Of a stretch of DNA of 28,086 nt, positions 22,879 to 28,086 are shown piece after piece. This DNA comes from a virus (Duplodnaviria > Caudoviricetes): positions 1-28,086 of the IMG/VR virus record IMGVR_UViG_3300025141_000571; one strand, 5' to 3'. Numbering within the stretch: the first letter of the stretch is position 1; each line of letters begins with the position of its first letter. The notes beneath the pieces are model-generated. The model did no database searches, had not been told where the DNA came from, and saw nothing but the letters and a program-made list of their open reading frames with translations. The translations under genes were made by a program, and so were the position numbers.

Positions 22879-24741
22879 TTAAACAGCATCTCCCCACGAT
22901 TTTCCTAAATCGCAATCAACCTTACTTGGAACAGATAATTCAATTGCATTTTCCATTGTAAAAATAATTTTATTTTTTATTTCTTCCGACCCATCAAAAC
23001 TTAAAGTGAGTTCATCATGAATTTGTATTAATGGTGTTAAACCTTCATTATATAAATTAATCATTGCTTGTTTTGTTTGATCCGCCGCTGAACCTTGAAT
23101 TAATCTATTCAATGCTTTGTAAGTTCCCGCTCGTTGTAAATGATGATGTTTTCCGTATTTTAATTTTGCTTGATCTAAAGGTAATGCTTTAAATACACCA
23201 AAGGTGGTTGGTTCCCATAATTCAAATCGACATTTTCTTCCCCTCAGTGTTGAAACATATCCTTCGCTGTTAGCATATGTAGAAACTCTTGTTGCTAAAT
23301 CTTTGATAAAAGGAACTTTATTATTATATTGAGATAAAATTTCTTTAGCCACTTCTACTTTTACCTGTAACTCATTAGATAATTTATTAACCCCCATTCC
23401 GTAAAATAATCCTAAATTAATTGTTTTAGCTTGATCTCTTTCAATGTCAGCAATTTCCGATACAATATTATGAAAATCAGCATCAGAATTTTTTTGATAT
23501 TCATCTACAATTGTTTGTGCTCCTTCGCACCCAAGTTTAAAAGCATAATGAGATGCGATCCGTGGTTCTTGTTGTGAATAATCAAAACTCCCCCAAGTTT
23601 CTTTTTCTTCAGGTAAAAATAATCCTCTAATTTGTTTTTTAATTTCTTTATTTCTAGCAGGTAATTGTTGTAAATTTGGATTTGAATAACTTAATCGTCC
23701 AGAAACTGTTCCCGCTTCGCCGTCACGCATTTGATGAATACTTGCATGAATTCTACCAGTTTCCCCATGTTTTAAAATCGTATCAATAAAAGTAGATTGA
23801 ACTTTATTATACTCTCTAGCACTTTGTATTTGTTGAGCAATAGGATGAGAATGATGTAATAAAAAATCTTTGGTAAAACTTGGAGAATTTGTTTTTTCTG
23901 TGCGTGGGTATTTTATTTTAAGTTTATCAAAAACCTGCGCCACACTTGCTGCAGCCCAAACATCAACTGCAATCCCCGTGTCTGCCAATATACCATCCAA
24001 TATCTTCTTCTCTGTATTTTTAAAAGTTTTTTTATAACGTCTTGCTTTTTCAACATCTACTTTTACCCCTTTTTTAATCATATTAAATATAACAGGAATT
24101 AATTCCATTTCTAATTTATAAACACTTTTTAAACTTTCTTTTTCTATAATAGGCCTCATGTGATGAAATAAACGTAAAGTTAAATCAGCATCTTGTTCTG
24201 CATATGAACCTACAAAAATAGCCGGTAATTTATACATTTCGTTTTTTGGATCTACTCCAAATTCAATAGCAGCTTGTTTTAATAAATTTTCATTTTTATA
24301 TTCATTCAACATATCTTTTCCCACAGCATTTAAAGCATAAGAAAATTTATTTTCATTAATAATAGGAGCCATAATCATGGTGTCTACAATAGGTCCTTTG
24401 ACTTCTATCCCCTCAGCATACAACCAACCTAAATCATAAATAGCATTATGAGCCACTTTAATAGCATCTGTTTGCATCAATTTTTTAAACCAATTAAGAA
24501 CTCTTTTCCTATCCCAATTAAAACCATTTTCATGACGAATAGGGTAGTAACCTTTCCATCCTTCTACTGCTATTGCTATACCTATTATATGACCATTTTT
24601 AGTAGTCCATCCTGGACCAGTTGATTTTAATCCTGGATCATAAGTTTCAAGGTCAAAAGCAATAACTTTTGCATCAAAAATATTAGGTAACTCATGAGGG
24701 GGAATCCATTCAGATTGTGTAAAACTAAAATTGTGCTGCAT
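22879..24741 (-). CDS. polA: Family A DNA polymerase with 3'-5' exonuclease domain
   Basis: Exonuclease motifs FDLET, HNAIYD, YAEQDA. SGRLSYSNPNLQQLP; motif A DYSQQEPR; motif B RDQAKTINLGLFYG; IQGSAAD; motif C QIHDEL. Confidence 0.97.
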   Translation of the reverse strand: MQHNFSFTQSEWIPPHELPNIFDAKVIAFDLETYDPGLKSTGPGWTTKNGHIIGIAIAVEGWKGYYPIRHENGFNWDRKRVLNWFKKLMQTDAIKVAHNAIYDLGWLYAEGIEVKGPIVDTMIMAPIINENKFSYALNAVGKDMLNEYKNENLLKQAAIEFGVDPKNEMYKLPAIFVGSYAEQDADLTLRLFHHMRPIIEKESLKSVYKLEMELIPVIFNMIKKGVKVDVEKARRYKKTFKNTEKKILDGILADTGIAVDVWAAASVAQVFDKLKIKYPRTEKTNSPSFTKDFLLHHSHPIAQQIQSAREYNKVQSTFIDTILKHGETGRIHASIHQMRDGEAGTVSGRLSYSNPNLQQLPARNKEIKKQIRGLFLPEEKETWGSFDYSQQEPRIASHYAFKLGCEGAQTIVDEYQKNSDADFHNIVSEIADIERDQAKTINLGLFYGMGVNKLSNELQVKVEVAKEILSQYNNKVPFIKDLATRVSTYANSEGYVSTLRGRKCRFELWEPTTFGVFKALPLDQAKLKYGKHHHLQRAGTYKALNRLIQGSAADQTKQAMINLYNEGLTPLIQIHDELTLSFDGSEEIKNKIIFTMENAIELSVPSKVDCDLGKSWGDAV

Positions 24742-24884
24742 TATTTTCTCCTATTTTTTTTCATTTTCTTTTGTGATTTTTTTACCCATTCAGGATCAAA
24801 ACCTAATTTAATTAAATGTTTTCTAATTTTTTCATCATTTTCTTCCATCCATTTTTCAAATTTTTTAATCTCTTCTTTCTTCAC
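24741..24884 (-). CDS. Hypothetical K/E-rich protein (47 aa; not in ORF track)
   Basis: The GTG start overlaps the helicase stop (TAGTG) and the stop overlaps the polA start (TAATG). Sequence MKKEEIKKFEKWMEENDEKIRKHLIKLGFDPEWVKKSQKKMKKNRRK*. Confidence 0.7.
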   Translation of the reverse strand: MKKEEIKKFEKWMEENDEKIRKHLIKLGFDPEWVKKSQKKMKKNRRK

Positions 24885-26389
24885 TAAATTCTATATCCTT
24901 GATGTGTTTGTGCTTCCACAATATATAAATTTTCTTTCGTTCGTGTAACTGCCACATAAAACACCCGATGTTCATCATCAGGATTTTTAGTATAAGATTT
25001 ATGAACTATTCTTCCTAAATCTAAAAGAATTACTACATTATCGCATTCCCCACCTTTTGCTTGATGAATAGTAGAAACGCGAATACGTGGTTCGCCTTTA
25101 ATGTTTTCCCCAACTTGTTCTAATCTTCTCAAATATACAATATCAAAATCTGAAATGTTATCTAAAACATCATACCATTTACCATCAGAAAGTAATCCGT
25201 GATTATTTTTTAAATCTTGTAATGTAAATAATGATTCTTCAGTTTCACCTTTAAAAGTTTTTCCTCCTCTCTTTATCCCTTTTCCATTTTTATTTATTTC
25301 TGATTTAATCTTATTATATAAATTTTTTACATCTAATAAGGAAGCTGTTTCACCTTTCTTGAGACGTTGCCATGTTTCAATAGCATCTAAAGTAGACGGA
25401 GGAACAGGACGATGATCCCCTCTCCCATACCAATATCCCCTTTCTTTTAAAAAATCCTCAATCATTTCATTTCTAATTTTTTTAGTTCTTCCTAAGAGCA
25501 GCCAATTACCTGTTGATAAATCAATGTGTTTTAAATGAGCCACCCTTATTACTTTCCCTTGGCTGTTTTTTGGTTCCCAGTTTTTAAGTCTTCTATTCTG
25601 AATTCGTGTAATAATATAATTGGCTAAACGATAGATACGTTGAGGGCATCGATACGATTTATCCAAAACAGTTACATTACCTTTTAAGTTAATAAATTTA
25701 TCTACATCAGCACCAGACCATCTAAAAATCGCCTGATCATCATCTCCAGCAATATATGTTTCTTTACTATTTTTTATTAATTTATCCACCATATTATATT
25801 GAATACGGGGCATGTCTTGAGCTTCGTCAATAAAGAGCACATCAAACTGTGTTAAAAATGTGTCATTGGTATAATTAATAATCATATCACTAAAATCAAA
25901 TAACTTATTTTGTTCTTTGTACTTCTCAATACATCTATTTAAATAATCTAATTTAGACCAATTAATTGTATGATCCCCATAATTCCAAGCATCTTTTAAA
26001 GGAATATCTTTAAGCCTAGATAAATTTATTAAATTTATATAAGCATGATTAGAGTTAGAATAAATTGAATCATCATTTGTATCAAAAACTAAATCAAAAC
26101 CAATTATTTTAGATAGTTCTTTCCAATGTTTACTTTTCATCAAACTATTTTCTTTTATAGGAAGATGTTTATAAGCAAAACTATGTAAAGTTCTAAAATG
26201 AACTAAATCATCTTTACTAGCTTGAAATTTTTCTCGTGCCCTGTCTCGTGCTTCGTATGCAGCTTTTTTTGAAAAAGAGAAAAAACCTATCTTGTTCCAC
26301 GAAATTCCTTGTTCTTTTTTTTGGCGACAAATACTTAAAAGGGTTGTTGTTTTTCCTGTTCCTGGAGGTCCTAAAATAATATTGATCAA
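24884..26389 (-). CDS. Superfamily 1 (UvrD/Rep-like) DNA helicase
   Basis: GPPGTGKTT, FRTLHS, FIDEAQD, GDDDQAIF, SYRC, STIHQAKGGE, YVAVTR. Confidence 0.95.
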   Translation of the reverse strand: MINIILGPPGTGKTTTLLSICRQKKEQGISWNKIGFFSFSKKAAYEARDRAREKFQASKDDLVHFRTLHSFAYKHLPIKENSLMKSKHWKELSKIIGFDLVFDTNDDSIYSNSNHAYINLINLSRLKDIPLKDAWNYGDHTINWSKLDYLNRCIEKYKEQNKLFDFSDMIINYTNDTFLTQFDVLFIDEAQDMPRIQYNMVDKLIKNSKETYIAGDDDQAIFRWSGADVDKFINLKGNVTVLDKSYRCPQRIYRLANYIITRIQNRRLKNWEPKNSQGKVIRVAHLKHIDLSTGNWLLLGRTKKIRNEMIEDFLKERGYWYGRGDHRPVPPSTLDAIETWQRLKKGETASLLDVKNLYNKIKSEINKNGKGIKRGGKTFKGETEESLFTLQDLKNNHGLLSDGKWYDVLDNISDFDIVYLRRLEQVGENIKGEPRIRVSTIHQAKGGECDNVVILLDLGRIVHKSYTKNPDDEHRVFYVAVTRTKENLYIVEAQTHQGYRI

Positions 26390-27996
26390 AACGGTATTTC
26401 CTCTTCATCATCCCCTCCTAACACTGTTTTATCTGATGAAGGTTCATCCTTACTTTTTAACACCGATGGAGTTGAAATTTCTTCTTCTGATTTTTCAAAA
26501 GCAGGTATGACCCATGCACGAGTCTGTACTTTTCTAACTGATACCAATACACTCATCCCGCCTATTTCTTTTAATCTTTGAACAATCCATACTCTTTGAA
26601 CTTTAAAATTTTTATTGTTTTCTAACCATTTTGAAAGGTCTACCAATCGTAGATAAGTAGGAACGGATTCAAATTCTTTTTTATTTCGTGTAAATGTCTT
26701 TGTATTTTCATAATCTGTAAATGCTTTTTGCATTTCTAGTTCATCCATTTTAAAAGATTCTCCTCTTCCTAAGCAAAATTCTTTTAAATAATCTAAAAAT
26801 TCTCCTACCTTTGATACATCAGCAGGAACTTCATCTATTTTTATACTCTCAAATAATTGAGCCACAATTTCTTCCCAATCACTAGCTTTAACTCTTGGAA
26901 CATATATTTTTAATTGTTCTCCAATTACCTTTCGTAATAAAGAATGATTATATAGAACTCCTAAATCATTAAATTCTACTCTTTTATTCCCTACATTTAA
27001 AAACCAAATAGGAGGGACAGTTCCTAAACAAGATAATTCACTATAAGTAGGATGATCAATTGATGATTGCCCTATCCCATATTTTCTCATTTTACATAAA
27101 GATTTTTGACAAACAGAAACAATGGGTTGATCATTACAACGATAAGAATATTTAAGAGAACCATCCGTTTTATTAGCCCTTACTTGTTTTTGTAAAACTG
27201 TAACTTCATTGGCATTTAAAGGAGGGTCCATATATTCCCGGTTATAACTCTCCATTAAACTTTCCCAATTATCTGGATTAGATTTTCTATAAAAAATTCC
27301 TATATTAAATAAACCATTGTTTCTTGTTCCCGCAGGAAATCCTTGGGTAGTTAAAATTTGAAGACAAGGTGGTCCTTCTGGTATGCTTTCTTGTTTTATC
27401 TGAATTGTTATTTTACTAATATCCTTACACGCATACTTATCATATAAAGAAAAAAATTCGTCAAGAGAAGCACCCTCTCCATTATCAAGATACGCCCAAC
27501 GTGTTTCGCCATGATATGGTAAGTTTAACCAAGATCCTGTGTCTTTCTCATTGGCTAATTGAGTTTGTTTAGGAAATACTTCTGCATTTGCATAACCTAA
27601 GTAAGAAGAAATTTCTTTAAGTTTTTGTTGAAATAAATTTGCTGATTGAGGAGTTTGTGAAAAAAGAAAAATATGTGCACCAAAAGATTTGGATGAACAC
27701 ATTATTAGTGGTAACTTATATTTTCTTATTTTTGATAATATTTTCTTATGATCAAGGGGGTACTCGTCTATATCAATACAGCCCCAAAAACATGTTGCAT
27801 CGTCACGAATGGGAACAATTCCTAAAGCCGGTTCTTTTCCGTCCAAATGATCTTGATACATTTGTAAAGTAGGTGGTTCATGTTTAGTAAACATTTTACC
27901 ATCTCTTTTTCCATTAACTTTTATATCTGTATAACGATACTCACCATGAGCCCTTTCTAGCCCTCTAAATATATTTTTAAACTTTTCTACTTTCAT
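26386..27996 (-). CDS. Archaeo-eukaryotic primase (AEP) family primase with PriCT-like domain
   Basis: WGCIDID (motif I), SKSFGAH (motif II), NLPY, PPCL, GTRNNGLFN (PriCT-like) and a Cys cluster C..x..C…C. Directly upstream of the helicase and polA. Confidence 0.85.
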   Translation of the reverse strand: MKVEKFKNIFRGLERAHGEYRYTDIKVNGKRDGKMFTKHEPPTLQMYQDHLDGKEPALGIVPIRDDATCFWGCIDIDEYPLDHKKILSKIRKYKLPLIMCSSKSFGAHIFLFSQTPQSANLFQQKLKEISSYLGYANAEVFPKQTQLANEKDTGSWLNLPYHGETRWAYLDNGEGASLDEFFSLYDKYACKDISKITIQIKQESIPEGPPCLQILTTQGFPAGTRNNGLFNIGIFYRKSNPDNWESLMESYNREYMDPPLNANEVTVLQKQVRANKTDGSLKYSYRCNDQPIVSVCQKSLCKMRKYGIGQSSIDHPTYSELSCLGTVPPIWFLNVGNKRVEFNDLGVLYNHSLLRKVIGEQLKIYVPRVKASDWEEIVAQLFESIKIDEVPADVSKVGEFLDYLKEFCLGRGESFKMDELEMQKAFTDYENTKTFTRNKKEFESVPTYLRLVDLSKWLENNKNFKVQRVWIVQRLKEIGGMSVLVSVRKVQTRAWVIPAFEKSEEEISTPSVLKSKDEPSSDKTVLGGDDEEEIPF

Positions 27997-28003
27997 ACAT
28001 ATA

Positions 28004-28048
28004 AATAATAAATAGAGGGCGAACTATCGGAAGGTTATTCGCCCCCTA
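28004..28048 (-). terminator. Intrinsic terminator-like hairpin immediately upstream of the primase
   Basis: Minus-strand UAGGGGGCGAA…UUCGCCCUCUA stem (11 bp with one G-U; 28048-28013), followed by UUUAUUAUUU. Confidence 0.65.
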
Positions 28049-28086
28049 ACTTGATAAAAAGGATTAAGATCCTAAAACAACACTAT

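Noticed and set aside
1149-27872. Short overlapping ORFs from the track (1149-1415, 1495-1689, 3313-3498, 5877-6104, 6592-6780, 7467-7688, 7918-8136, 10248-10442, 14426-14620, 15034-15216, 15191-15433, 17656-17886, 20290-20511, 20637-20885, 21838-22032, 24694-24948, 26217-26411, 26292-26510, 27639-27872)
   Set aside because: All lie antisense to or out of frame within better-supported genes and show no recognisable motifs, so they are treated as shadow ORFs.
1-28086. Stop-codon reassignment
   Set aside because: Genes are intact under the standard code. TAA, TGA and TAG all end genes at junctions that overlap or abut the next start.
1-28086. CRISPR array, tRNA, rRNA, integrase, intron or intein
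   Set aside because: No regularly spaced repeats or tRNA-like segments were seen in the few short intergenic gaps. PolA, helicase and primase motifs are contiguous with no large insertions.

Overview
This AT-rich, gene-dense window comes from a tailed dsDNA phage. It is podovirus-like and resembles marine alphaproteobacterial (pelagiphage/roseophage-type) phages, although the host and clade are inferred. There are four blocks. (1) 75-1944 (+): tail fibre, tail-collar fibre and a probable assembly chaperone. (2) 1947-12845 (-): about 10.9 kb in which a P22-gp10-like tail hub gene and small virion genes are interleaved with nine 2OG/Fe(II)-dioxygenase-fold genes (six HxH...H, three HxD...H), a GT-A and a GT9-like glycosyltransferase, and a dUTPase-like protein. 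One small gene on the opposite strand ends in a ribonucleotide-reductase-like CxxC tail. (3) 12986-22019 (+): putative internal/ejection proteins sharing a short 'A-x-G-G' motif, followed by a holin-like gene. (4) 22016-27996 (-): AEP primase, SF1 (UvrD-like) helicase, family A DNA polymerase (Leu762 type) and small early genes. The best candidate for an undescribed system is the oxygenase/glycosyltransferase array co-transcribed with tail genes, which may be a virion-protein hydroxylation and glycosylation pathway. I also found three short ORFs missing from the ORF track and one oxygenase that appears to start at a non-canonical ATC. No tRNA, rRNA, CRISPR array, integrase or transposase was seen.
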